Below are positions 37,149 through 49,633 of a DNA stretch of 56,023 bases, piece by piece. The position numbers and the translations under genes were made by a program. How positions within the stretch are numbered: the stretch's first letter is position 1; every line of letters begins with the position of its first letter. Source of the DNA: Octopus bimaculoides (Eukaryota); NCBI RefSeq assembly GCF_001194135.2, contig NC_068989.1, positions 77,477,543 to 77,533,565 on the forward strand. The letters are read 5' to 3'. Under the pieces are notes generated by a model. The model searched no databases. It worked only from the letters and a program-made list of their open reading frames with translations, and had not been told where the DNA came from.

Positions 37149-38184
37149 AATAGTCATGTTAAAAAATGCTATCACGTTTTAGAATTTTGTTCATTTTAAA
37201 TCCTATCTGTAAATAGGCTGCACTTAAAATTATCTAAAGTTTCACAAGGAATTTCACATCCATGCTATCACTTGATTCCGTCAGCAGCATAGAATAACAT
37301 GTAGCAACACAAGGCATTAAAGCGCATTTATAGAATAAGAATATCCTTCGTAGTATCACTATAATCTCTGCAATCGATATCAGAGGGGTAGATTTCTTGG
37401 CAAACTCTCTCTGTCTCTCTCTCCCTCTCTTCCTTTCTAACTCCCAAAATAACTGTAGGTATCAACATCAACAGTTCCCAGTCAAAATTTCCCACATAAG
37501 AGCATTTATTTATTCCTTCCTGGTTTGTTTTTTTTATATCTTCTATACTTATTTTATTACCTTTTTTTATTTTTTAATATTCAGTTAAAAGAAAAATTGA
37601 CTTGAAAATATTTACATCAATATATAAATGGAATTGTACAATAAATATAGTCTTCTCCTTTAGGATTTGAATTAAATTATGTATATGTATTTACATACAC
37701 AGATATGCATACACATATAAATACATACATGCATATATGTGTGTGTGTGTGCGTGTATGCGTATTTATATGTATATATATGTGTGTGTATATATTTATAT
37801 ACGTATAGGTGTATACACATGCATATAAATTGAAATGAGATAGAGAAAGAGAGAATTTGATCATTAGGAGCCGCAAGCTAAGAAAAGCAAACAAAATAAT
37901 GTATGGAAAAGTGAATATTAAACAATTTTTAATAAAGAATTAATTGTGATAAAAGTACAATCAGTTTTGCATCCGGATGGAGTTGAAGCACCCATTAATT
38001 GAAAGCTTGAATAGATTTCTATACACAGGACTTTCATGTGAGGCAATAAAAAGGAAGAATAGAGAATGGGGCGGGGTAGTGGTTAGTGCAATATAATCCA
38101 AGATACGGGAGTGATTATATAAATTTAGGAAACACTTATGCGCTATTATTATTGTGTAAAAATTTCCACGATATGATGTACATA

Positions 38185-40120
38185 ATCCTTTCGATAATAG
38201 TGTCAAGGCTTGACATTTTGAGGGAGTGTGTAAGTCGATAACATCGACCCTAGTGTTCAGCTGGTACTTATTTCATCGATCTCGAAAGGATGGAAGGCAA
38301 AGTCGATCTCAGCCGAGTTTGAACTTAGAAGGTAACAACACACGAAATGCTGCTAGGCATTTATTTATTCCGTGTGCTAACGAAACTGTTTGCACTCCGT
38401 CTTTAAATCATGGCACGAAGAGCCCAAAGGTCTGCCGATAACATCGCCTTCTTAAAAAAAAAATCCGTTCTAAGGTCGGCACAAGGCCTGACATTTTGGG
38501 AGGAGATGACTAAACACTTACGTTGAGCCTAGTACTTGGCTGGTATTTATTTCGTCGACCCTGAAAGGAGGAAAGGCAAAGTCGTCCTCGGTGGAATTTG
38601 AACTCAGAACGTAAAGCCGGAAGAAATGCCACTAAGCATTTTGTCCGGCGTGCTAACGATTCTGCCAGCTCACTTCCTTAGCAACGATGCTTTTTAAAAA
38701 CTGTTTCAAATTTTGGCACAAGGCTAGCAACTTCGGGGAAGTGGTAAGTCGATTACATCGACCCCGGTCTTCGACTGGTACTTATTTTATCGACCCCGAA
38801 AAGATGAAAAGCGAAGCCGATCTCAGCGGAATTTGAACTCAGAACATGACGACGGATGAAATTCAGCTAGGTGACAATAATAATAATCATATGTATTGAA
38901 CATATTAGACTACATAGTTAATAAACTACATTTGTTCGAATGGCTTGGTATATTATGCAAGTTGATTCGAAAATAACGTATAGATAATTAGAAGTAATTA
39001 GAAGTATATGATGGCTAAAAATAATCGCTGTTTTTTTATATTAAAAAAAAGCCGGTAAATAAAATACGGAGTAATTGGGAACTGAATATGAATAACATTA
39101 ATCAATAATGAAATTTAATATTTGCTATTGTAAAAAAAGCAAAGATTCAAAAATAGAGATGAACAAGTGTTGACGTGTATTGAGGTTGTAAACAGATACG
39201 CGTACGAACAAGTAAATAATTTTGTTAAATAGGTCCATGTCTTAATTTTGTAATTTAATATTTCTTTCTACTATAGGCACAAGGCCTGAAAATTTTAGGG
39301 AGGAGAGGAGTCGATTAAATCGACCCCAGTGTTCAACTAGTATTTTTATTTTATCTAGTCGGAAAGAGGAGAGACACAGTCGGACTCGGCGAAATTTGAA
39401 CTCAGAACATGAAAATAGGCGATGCGCCGCGAAGCATTTTGCTCAACGTGCCACCTCATTTATCCATTCTGTCAGCTCACCGATTCAAAACTGATGAATA
39501 ATAATGACTTCAAATTTTAGCACAAACTCAACAAATCCGATGATTAGATGGTCGATTACATCGGCCCCAGTGCTCAGCTGGTACTTATTTTATCGACCCC
39601 GATAAAATAAGCATCAGTGGAATAAGAAAGGTAAAATCGATCCCGGTAGGATTTGAACTCAGAATCATCGGACTAGAGATAACTAAATTACAACAAGTAT
39701 ATCGTCCATGTTTTGTATTATAGTGCATCGTTGTACCATTCAAAACTTTTTATTCTTTACGAACTCAGAATGTAAAGACGGACTAAATGCCGTGAAGCAT
39801 TTTGTCCGGCGGGCTAACGATACTGATATNNNNNNNNNNNNNNNNNNNNNNNNNTATATATATATATATATATATATATTGGTTTCAAACCTTATTACAA
39901 GGCCAGATATTTCGGGGGAGGCGGATAAATCATTTACATCGACATCAGTGCTCAACTAGTACTTATTTTATCGACCCCCAAAACGGTGAAAGTCAAAATC
40001 GACCTCAGCAGAATTTGAACTCAGAACGTAAAGAGCATGAAGAAATGTGTGCTAGCTATTCTTCCAGCTTGCCGCTCTTTGGTAAGTTAATATTGATTTC
40101 AAATGTTGGTACAAGGCCAA
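38185..40120 (-). mobile_element. cluster of about 7-8 SINE family A copies or fragments, all minus strand
   Basis: Recurrent GGCACAAGGC..GTCGATTACATCGACC..GGTACTTATTTTATCGACCCCGAAA..GAAAGGCAAAGTC..GGAATTTGAACTCAGAAC near 38190, 38480, 38710, 39275, 39515, 39760 and 39885. Confidence 0.85.
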
Positions 40121-40477
40121 ATATTGGTATGTTAATATTGAAAAAAGATATATGAAGGCTGTGATGTGAGAGAAATATATCTTAGCAAGTTAGAGTTTGC
40201 AATAATATAATGGATTGTCAGTTACGCGGTTATTTATTGCAAGATAATATGTAGAACATACGTAAGGAAGTACATATTGTTCAGTTAATAGATATGAGAA
40301 ATTCTGGAAGGTGACGTTTACTCTCTGTCTGTCTGTCTGATTGTTTGTCTCTCTCTTTCGTCCTCTCTCTCCCTCTCTTTCTCGCTCTTTCTCTCACTGA
40401 AAATAGCATTTATATAACACGTCACATATACATGTGAGTGTATGTATGTTTGTATGTATATGTGTGTGGTTGGAGAG

Positions 40478-40720
40478 AGAGGCGCGTGGGTGAGTGGTTA
40501 GGACGTTGCACTCATGATCGTAAGATAGTGATCTCGATTCCTGAATCGGGCGACGCAGTGTGTTCTTTGGGCAAGACGCTTCGTTTCGTTTTTCTCCGGT
40601 CTATTCAGCTGGCAAACATGAGTAACCCTACGACGGACCGGCGTTATGTCCAGGAAAAAGGAATAAAACTTAAGCTACAGAATCCGAGAAATGTGTCTTG
40701 TGGTATTATGGTACGGTTAG
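40478..40720 (+). mobile_element. SINE family D-like copy
   Basis: GGCGCGTGGGTGAGTGGTTAGG..CTCGATTCC..GTGTTCTTTGGGCAAGACGCTTCGTTTCG..CTCCGGTCTATTCAGCTGGC. Confidence 0.75.
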
Positions 40721-40795
40721 GACCTTTGATCTTTCTGCTGTATGTATTTATGTGTGTATAAATGCGTATGTATGAAAATTTATCTATTATACATA

Positions 40796-41017
40796 TACCA
40801 GGGGTGGGGGTGAAAAGCTCCTGGCTTGAAAGGATGTCGCGTTAGGCCTGGTAGGAGGCCAAACATTCCGAGTTCTTTTACAGGGCTTGGAAAAACTGAA
40901 GGACCACTGCAGTGAATGAATGAATCTTAGAGGTGAATACGTTGAATAAAATCATAATTAAGTAATCGCTTCTATTTTTTCAGCCCAATGCCAGGAACTT
41001 TTCAGCACACCCTCGTA
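40796..41017 (+). mobile_element. mariner-derived MITE with TA target duplications
   Basis: TA-CCAGGGGTGGGGGTGAAAAGCTCCTGGC ... GCCAGGAACTTTTCAGCACACCCTCG-TA. The interior encodes QGLEKLKDHCSE*MNLRGEYVE*, resembling a mariner transposase C-terminus. Confidence 0.85.
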
Positions 41018-41605
41018 AGTTTTGTGTGCGTGCGTGTGTGTATGTGTGTGTATGTGTGCAAAGAATACTTCATTGAAATGTCTTTGGAGAAGGCATAAGT
41101 TATGGCACTCGGCTCTAGATGTACAATTACTTATGGCAGAAACAGATTTTGCCATTCATATGTTAATAAATATCAAGCTTTGTACTAAACTGTTGGTTTA
41201 CGTGACAATTAAGTAAATTGAATTCTTACGACTGGTTATTATTACAGCTATGGCTAAGGGAAGCATAATATATGCATGTGTATGTGCATGTGTGTGTGTG
41301 TAAGTGCAGATGAGCCAGTACGTTTCAGTTGATTGCTCTCAAAGCCTGATATTTTATAGACTACTGATTTAATCGTGACAGACAAAATCCGCAGAGTCAC
41401 TAACATCTATTTTTCTTTGCAATTTATTTTATTGTCCTTGAAAATATATCTTCTGTATAAAAAAAAAATACAAATAATAATGCGCTTTCGTTCTGGCCCA
41501 ATTATATAATTTATGACAGTTTTAAAACATATTCTGGTATCAAATCACCTGTTTTACGTGAGGAAGCGTGAGAAGTGTTTCCATTGCTAATATTACATCA
41601 CTGCA

Positions 41606-44600
41606 ATGGCGGCGAGATGGCAGAATCGTTACCGTGCCAGGAAAAATAATTGCAGCATTTCATCCGCCTTAATGTTCTGAGTTTAAATTCTGCCGAGGTC
41701 GACTTTACGTTTCATCTTTTCGGGGTTGATAAAAATAAGTACCAGCTGAGCACTGAGTTTGATGCAATTGACTTGACCCCCTCCTCCAAAATTCATGGCC
41801 TTGTGCCAAAATTTAAATTCATTATTACATCAATGTTAGTGATATCACAGAGAAGTGTGTTACGCATTTAAATCCCACTGTGAATTTCTTTCGTCCTTCC
41901 GTGTTCAATAAATTAATTTCCATTTAAGGACTTAGATCAATTAATTCGATAATATCTCCTCTCCTTATCACCAAAAGTTTATGGACTCTACATATGTCAC
42001 AAATCGATGATTATATAAGCAATATTAGATCACGGATATAAAAGTTTCCGGATTTGATTGTGCCACATCATTATAGACGTTGTATTATTTTTTAGTTCCC
42101 ACCTGTCATTCTGTGTTTTTTATTTTCTTTCTTCAGTGTTGATATGACACATAATGTTGATATGGCAACGGTATTCTTTATTGTCGAAATATAACTATAT
42201 AAAAGATATTACTAATAGTAAGTGTCAGTGTGAAGCTATTCAATTAAAAGACACCTCCGCATTTGCTTCTGTAAGTTAAATGGTACGAATAGTTTAGAAT
42301 TACAGAAAAGTACCACAACACAAACGAAAACTGCTTCAATTTCACTTTACTTCAGCGAGTGATTACGCTTTACATACATCATTAATGCCCGTGATGAAGG
42401 CATGAACATCACATTTCTAACTGCCTGTCTTCCTCGAAGTCAATAAGTCCAGTTTAGAATACAGCATCTCTGAATATATCTATTGATTACCATTGATTAC
42501 AAAGCTTCAACTGATTCGTTCTATTCATCGTACTCGCGTGTGATAAATAAAATATTGATTTATTGATTGCAAAAGCGATGGTAAGTTTGTGCGTCTTACT
42601 GTTGATCTGAATGTTGTTTGATGTTTAATGAATTCACTATTACCACAAACATTGTGCTGGGCGCCATACAACAAATGGTGAGATGTCGGCAAGGAGAAAC
42701 CTTGACATTTTCTTTTTAATCGCCGATTCAAAATCATTTTACATTACATTTATAATTTAATGGTTTAGTCAGGGAATCGAGGGCAGCTTTAATTATCCTT
42801 TCAAGATTTTGTGATTAGGTGGAGGAAGTTATCTTCGGGCCGGAGACTTGGCCAGAATGCTTGCAACAGAGTGGACAACTAATAGACCAATAGAAGCATT
42901 TTGGAATGAAATAGATATCCTGTTATAAATCTAGAAAAGTATACAAACATTGAACGTATTAAAAACGAAACCAATATTTTTACACGAAGTGAGGCGGAGA
43001 GCTGGCAAGATCGTCAGCACGCTAAGCAAACAGTTTAACGGTATTTCGTCCATCGATACATTCTGAATTCAAATTCCGTCGGGATTGACTTTGCTTTAAT
43101 CCCTTCAGGGTCGATAAAATAAATATCAGTTGAGTATTGGGGTCAATGTAATCAACTTACTCTCTCCCACGAAATTGCTGGCCTTCTGCCAAAAATTGGA
43201 AACTAATATTTTTACACCAATATACTTTTTAGTTAGTATTACATACATTAGAGACTACTTTTACTATTCCACACAGGTTTTTAAACCAACGCATGTGCAG
43301 CACTTTCCTAAGACGGCACATTACCCTTCTTAAATTTATGTTATTTTTCTTTTCTGCAAATTAAGAAACACTGATCTCGATTGAATGAATGAACACCTCA
43401 TTCATAATACTTTACTCACATTCTAATAAAATATCAAACAGTGAGTCTCTGAGCAATATATGAGGTCTATATATTTTTTATGAGAGTGTTTATAACTATT
43501 AAAGGCTTCACTGCACCATTTGAAGACTTGCTTTAAACATATTTATGCCCAAACCAAGTTATATCTTGCTATGGTTCATATTTCTCCCAAGCAATACAAA
43601 GGTGTGTTAAATTTATTATAGTTAAGTGGCTACTATTTTGGACACAGGTATTGATTAGTAATTATTTTATCAAACTTGATCAAACAGACCTAGGTTCAAG
43701 AATATTCCAGTCTTGACCATCGTATCTTTTCTCAAACTTAGTATATCCAAGGCTGGAACATTTAAAATATCATCTGTTTTATAGTTTTTCTTTTTTTAAA
43801 CAGCAAAGTGCTGCTCATTGATTTGGCTGCTATTTCTAGTAGGTCGATTGATGAGATAGAAGCTCCTTCGTTAATTCTCGTGGTGGGTTGTGTAAGCTAA
43901 AATACAATGTTTCAATATTAATGTTATTCCTTTAGGTGATGAGCTGGCATTTTATCTGTCTATATGTTCTGAGCTCAAATTCCGACAGGTTCGAACTATG
44001 CCTTTTGTACTTTCGGGTCGGTAAAACACTTAGGTTGATATAATCAACGTACAACGACCTAAAAATTGCTATGCCAAAATTAGAAATCAAAATTATTCAT
44101 CTCTTTAAAGCGGCGAGCTGGCAGAAACGTTAGAAGGCCGAGCGAAATGCCTAGCGGTATTTCGTCTGTCTTTATGTTCTGAGTTCAAATTCCGCCGAGG
44201 TCGACTCTGCCTTTTATCATTTTGGGGTCGATAAATTAATTACCAGTTGCATATTGGGTCGATCTAATCAACTAGTCCCCTCCTCCAAAATTTAAGTCGA
44301 CGATCTGGCTTATTCATTTGCTTGCCAGACAAATTGCTTGGCGGCATTTCTTTTAGATTTACATCCTGAGTTCAACCGTTGCCATGATCGATTTTGCTTT
44401 TCATCCTTTCAGGGTCAATAAAACAAGTACCAGTTCACCACTCGTGTTGATATACTTGCCTAACCCACTCCAACTAAAACTGTGGTCATTGTATTGGGTG
44501 AGCTGACAAAATCGTTAGCACGCCAGCTAAAATGCCTTGCGGCATTTCGATCTTCTTTACGTTCTCAGCTCAAATTCCGTCGAGGTCGACTTTGCTTTTC

Positions 44601-44925
44601 ATCATTTTGGAGTCAGGTGAAATAAGTCCGAGTCGATAACTGGGGTCGATGTAATCGAATTACCCATCCTCCAAAATAGCAGCTCTTTTCCCAGAATTTG
44701 AAGCTAATATTATCCATCATTTGTAATGTCGGCAAGCTGGCAGAATCATTAGCTTGCTCGACAAAAATGCTTAGTGACATTTTCTCTGTTTTTATATTCT
44801 GAGCTCAAATTCCGCCGAGGTCGACTTTCGAGATCAGATGAAATCAGCACTGGTTGATCACTGGGGTTAATATATTCGACTCATCACCAAACCCGAAATT
44901 GCTGGCTTTGTGTCAAAAACTTTCC
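41606..44925 (+). mobile_element. cluster of about 8 SINE family A copies or fragments, all plus strand
   Basis: Copies at about 41606, 41880, 42990, 43930, 44108 (best preserved), 44320, 44495 and 44725, each with GA(G/A)(T/C)TCAAATTCC..GTCGACTTT-type motifs. Confidence 0.85.
43655..43870 (+). repeat. unclassified interspersed repeat family (GATTTGGCTGCTATTTCTAG motif)
   Basis: The same motif recurs near 4750, 22550 (minus) and 27910. Confidence 0.55.
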
Positions 44926-45621
44926 CAAAACTCCCGGAAAAACCTCTTACACCCAGATATGTCTCCAACAATAATAATTGTTTGCTACAGTGCTCTCTGG
45001 TGTCCCGTATATGACTGTGGAGTAAATCACTATCTAAAAGACTTCACCAGGTGGTGCTCTGGCCGAAACCTAAGTTAATATTAATGTTATATTGGAAAAA
45101 CATAACAGAAAAATAGATTTTCACCTGATACCTATTTACAAGTAGCTGAACATGTCTGTTACGAATTACATGCTTAGGGGTCAGTAGACATAGCGCAGTA
45201 ACACACATGGCACAATGCAATACATTTTACATTCAAACACGCTATCGATTCTGTCAGGCCCTGTTCTCTATCTGGTCTTGTTTTAAGAGGTTGATATCTT
45301 TACAAGTATGCGATATAAAAGTTTTCTAGAAGAGTTGGGAATAAACAACAGATTAAAAAAGTAACAGCCTGGTGGGATTTAATATAGATTACTGACAACA
45401 AATCTATAAGAAGACAAGCAAATTCAGCGAGCTTTAGCGGTACACTCGCACCAACAAGTTATGCTCTAACGATTTAACGTATAATAACAGGTTATACGAC
45501 CATATGGTAATCATGGTACAGCTTAGTCGTATTAGGAAAGTGTTCACTCAAAAGTGTATAAGGAGGATTTCTCATTCTGACGGGGAAAGGAACGATGAAG
45601 AAATCACGATTGTAAGTTGCT

Positions 45622-45696
<75 letters not shown>

Positions 45697-45808
45697 ATGT
45701 GTATATGCATATATGTGTGTATTTCTTGTCATTACTAGTTTCAGATCCAGAGCTGCCAGAGGTCAATTCTTCTTCAAATTCTCCCTCTTCTTTGTCAGCA
45801 TAGATAGG

Positions 45809-45839
<31 letters not shown>

Positions 45840-45970
45840 GGTGGTAGGTAGGTAGACAGATTGATAGGTAGGGTGGTAGGTAGGTAGGTAGGTAGAAATC
45901 CGAGTTTGTATGATTGTGTATAGAAGAATATATTAATCAATGAAATTCCAACTAATTTTGACTGAAACTG

Positions 45971-46141
45971 TATTATTGCAATTTTTCCAATTTTACAATA
46001 TTGAAATAAACTCGTACTTTCATGCGTTACGCAATTGACACTTGTCAATTATAGAACACAGCTGTCACTGCATAAACCTGATGATTGCGTAACACATGAA
46101 AGTATTAGTTTATTTCAATATTGTAAAAATTGCAAATAATA
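45971..46141. repeat. long inverted repeat / foldback
   Basis: Arms 45991-46035 and 46084-46128 match at 42/45 positions with a 48-nt spacer; pairing extends outward past a bulge. Confidence 0.9.
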
Positions 46142-46849
46142 AAACGTGAAAATGAGACTNNNNNNNNNNNNNNNNNNNNNNNNNNNNNNATATATATATA
46201 TATATAAATCCTGTTCTGTCTGTCTGTTATGTAGTGTGCTTATAACTCGAGTATTGTTCATCCGATGGCGCTGAAATACATAAAAGAGCGGGGCGTTTTC
46301 AAAATTGTTAGTTCAAAGTGAGATCGCTATTTTTGTAATCTTTTTATCCTGTTTCTTCCGCTATCCTGTTCTGAATTAAATATTAGACCACGAACGACTG
46401 TATTCATTTTTGCATTTTCACACGTTTGTAAACGGCTAAAAAGATCGATATCACTCCAACTTTAATTAACTGTAATCAATCACGTGTATTCGCGGTCAAA
46501 TGTGTTCTTACGGCTGTTTTTCGCGCAATACACCAGCTGACATGAAAAGCTAGTAGAAAAAGGTAGTTACTTTAAGTAAGCAAAAAAAATTGAAAATAAA
46601 GCAAATAAATAACTGGTGATTACTCAATTAAACCAATCACGTATGATTCGTCCTAAAGAAACAACCTTTAAATAAGAGTTTTGCCTCCACTAGCAAAGCT
46701 ATACAAATCTTTCAGAAAGCTCCATACCAATTTTTTATCTTTTTGTAGCATTCGCTGTTAGTTTATACGCAGGCTATGTGGGAAGACAGAATAAAGGGGC
46801 TTCTGTTAGCTTATTTCGCCGAAAAAACTGGCCCCCTTTATTAATGCTG

Positions 46850-47135
46850 ACAAAAATAAATCCGCAGAGGGGAAGTTTCAACATCTTATTTCAATTTCAT
46901 TACACCATTTATGTGATTGTTTCTGTCAAGAAATTTCGATTTCATGTAACCTCGTATATAGCGTTGGCGATTTTTCCTTCCTCCGTCTTCCTTTCTTTCG
47001 ACTTTCCTATATTTCCGACGAAGAACTCCGCTCGAAACGTCAAATTCTCTTTCTTTCCTTTCCTGAGCGCCCAGTAACACAATAGCTGTATCACGTCCTC
47101 GCGTTGTTGTTTTTTGTTGTTTTTTTTGTCGTTTT
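46850..47135 (+). mobile_element. probable Penelope-like retroelement terminal-repeat remnant
   Basis: Non-coding pyrimidine-rich stretch containing the hammerhead-like CCGACGAAGAACTCCGCTCGAAACGTC. The assignment rests on the known PLE-hammerhead association. Confidence 0.4.
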
Positions 47136-48714
47136 TCTTTTGAACTCACTATATGTATATATATAGAGAGAGAGGTGTGTGTGTGTGTGTGTGTGTGTGT
47201 CTGTGTGTGTGTCTGTGTGTGTGTGTGTGTGCGTGTGTGTGTGTGTGTGTATGTGTGTGTGTGTGTAATTATAAATGTATTTGTAGATGTAAACGCCATA
47301 TTCTTTTAACGAAACAAGTTTTCAGGCATGTATTTCATGGAAATTAGTATCATTATTTTTATTATTATCGTTATTATTGTTGTTGTTATTCCTGGAGATG
47401 ATCTTATCTTCTTGCATTGTCCTTTGAAAATGTTTTTTTTTATATTTGTTCATCAGAGCGTACAAATCTAATAACATCAGTCTACCATCCTTGACCTTAT
47501 TTGGAATAAAACTGATATAGTAAATGGGATGAATTATTTTAGTGTATACCTGCGTTAACAATTTCATATAGATATATGATACAAACTTAACATATTACTA
47601 TATCAAATTTGAATGGTCGATAGATACTTACAAGTTCTAATTGGCTTATTGTTATATTCCGTCAGGAATTCATATTTTATACTATTTATAAGAATACTAA
47701 GAATATTTACACTTGGCGGTATTTGGATTGGCAGAACTGATGGAGAAAAGCATAAGATACATAGTAGTATTTGGCCAGATTGCACTAAATTCTCTGTTTG
47801 ATTCCAACTGCAGTCACCGTTGCTTTTAACCCCTTTCGAAACGATACGTAACTGTACTGGACAAATTTTATAGGGTTTCCGTCATTCAAAATTGACCCTG
47901 CATCTAACAAACCTAGGAAAGATTGTGTCTTGTTTTTGGAAGACTGTCTTTCCTGTTTCCTTCTTCTCCCCACTGATTTTTTTAACCAAAAGAATGGTTG
48001 CCAGTTTCGACTGCTACAGCTAAGTATCAGTGTTGCTGCAAAGGTCCCAGGCAGATCCCTAAGAGTCGGAGCGGAAACTGCACAGAACCTAAGTTGTTCC
48101 TGGGTGATATTTGAAATCAGAGTGCAGAGAATTAGAGCAAGTATTAATGCTCTAATAGATCTGTAGCATATATTCGCGAATACAATCAGCCAAAATGAGG
48201 TTCTTGTGTAAGATCTCTGAAGTATTGTTTACCCAGCAAAAGACTTTCGAGATCGAACTGATACCTCTCTGCACTGAAAAGACACAGCTCCATTAGATCA
48301 TGTGATTAGAATGTTGCAGGAAATAATCGCAAGACGAATCATTCAAACCGAGTCAATTGGTAGAGGATCTATAATCCACCAAGAACGAAATGATTGGACA
48401 ATATTCTTAATCTCAGTTGGTTGTGCTTGGGAAACCAGCTGGAACGTCAAATGAGTTAGATTCAATGAACAATATGAATCCACACAAATTTGTATCTGTA
48501 AGCCAGGGAAATACATAATAATAGGTTAACAATACGATAAAAAAAATGGAATTGTCGATTGAGAGATTTACTTCGATGGCGAGTAAACTATAATTATTGA
48601 GGTATTCCGTTATAGCATTTAACTTCCATAGTTTAAATCCTGACATGGTCAATTTAACAGTCTTGCAAAGGTAAAAGAAAAAAACAATTAGTGGCAATTC
48701 AAACATTCCTTTCT

Positions 48715-48921
48715 TCTAAAGGCACATGGCTTGAAATTTCGTAGAGTGTAAGGAGTAGTCGATCATCAACCCCAATACACAACTGGTACTTATTTTAACG
48801 ACACCGAAAGGAGGAAAGGCAAAGTCGACATCGGTGGAATTTGAACCCACAACGTAAAGGCGAGCAAAATACCGCTAAGCATTTCGGCCGGCGTGCTAAC
48901 GATTCTTTCAGCTCACCGCCT
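48715..48921 (-). mobile_element. SINE family A copy
   Basis: GGAAAGGCAAAGTCGACATCGGTGGAATTTGAACC..CAGCTCACCGCCT. Confidence 0.85.
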
Positions 48922-49012
48922 ATGTGCCAATTCAAATATTGACGATCATCATGATCAGCTGTACATTCTTCGGAAGCCTTACTTTTTATTGCAGAAATCA
49001 ATATTACTTACA

Positions 49013-49046
<34 letters not shown>

Positions 49047-49581
49047 ATCTACACACAAAGACATACGTACACACAATCTCATACACATATGTGAATGTAT
49101 TTCTATGGATATCTATTTATGTGTTTAGAGCATAAATATATTTAAAGCGATTTCCATAAATGAAAGCAGAAAATTCTTTTTTTGTTTTCCATTTGAATCA
49201 ATCATTTTTTATAAAAGAGAGCTAGTAGACAGGCTCATGCATGTTTCATGCATTCCAGTTCAATTATATGNNNNNNNNNNNNNNNNNNNNNNNNNNNNNN
49301 NNNNNNNNNNNNNNNNNNNNNNNNNNNNNNNNNNNNNNNNNNNNNNNNNNNNNNNNNNNNNNNNNNNNNNNNNNNNNNNNNNNNNNNNNNNNNNNNNNNN
49401 NNNNNNNNNNNNNNNNNNNNNNNNNNNNNNNNNNNNNNNNNNNNNNNNNNNNNNNNNNNNNNNNNNNNNNNNNNNNNNNNNNNNNNNNNNNNNNNNNNNN
49501 NNNNNNNNNNNNNNNNNNNNNNNNNNNNNNNNNNNNNNNNNNNNNNNNNNNNNNNNNNNNNNNNNNNNNNNNNNNNNNNNN

Positions 49582-49633
<52 letters not shown>

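Noticed and set aside
38185-44925. Recurrent ~35-nt motifs with spacers resembling a CRISPR array
   Set aside because: The repeats are parts of ~200-bp diverged SINE copies with irregular spacing; eukaryotic context and no cas genes.
46078-46104. CTGATGA...GAAA hammerhead-like string
   Set aside because: The intervening TTGCGTAACACAT cannot form stem II; it is part of the foldback arm.
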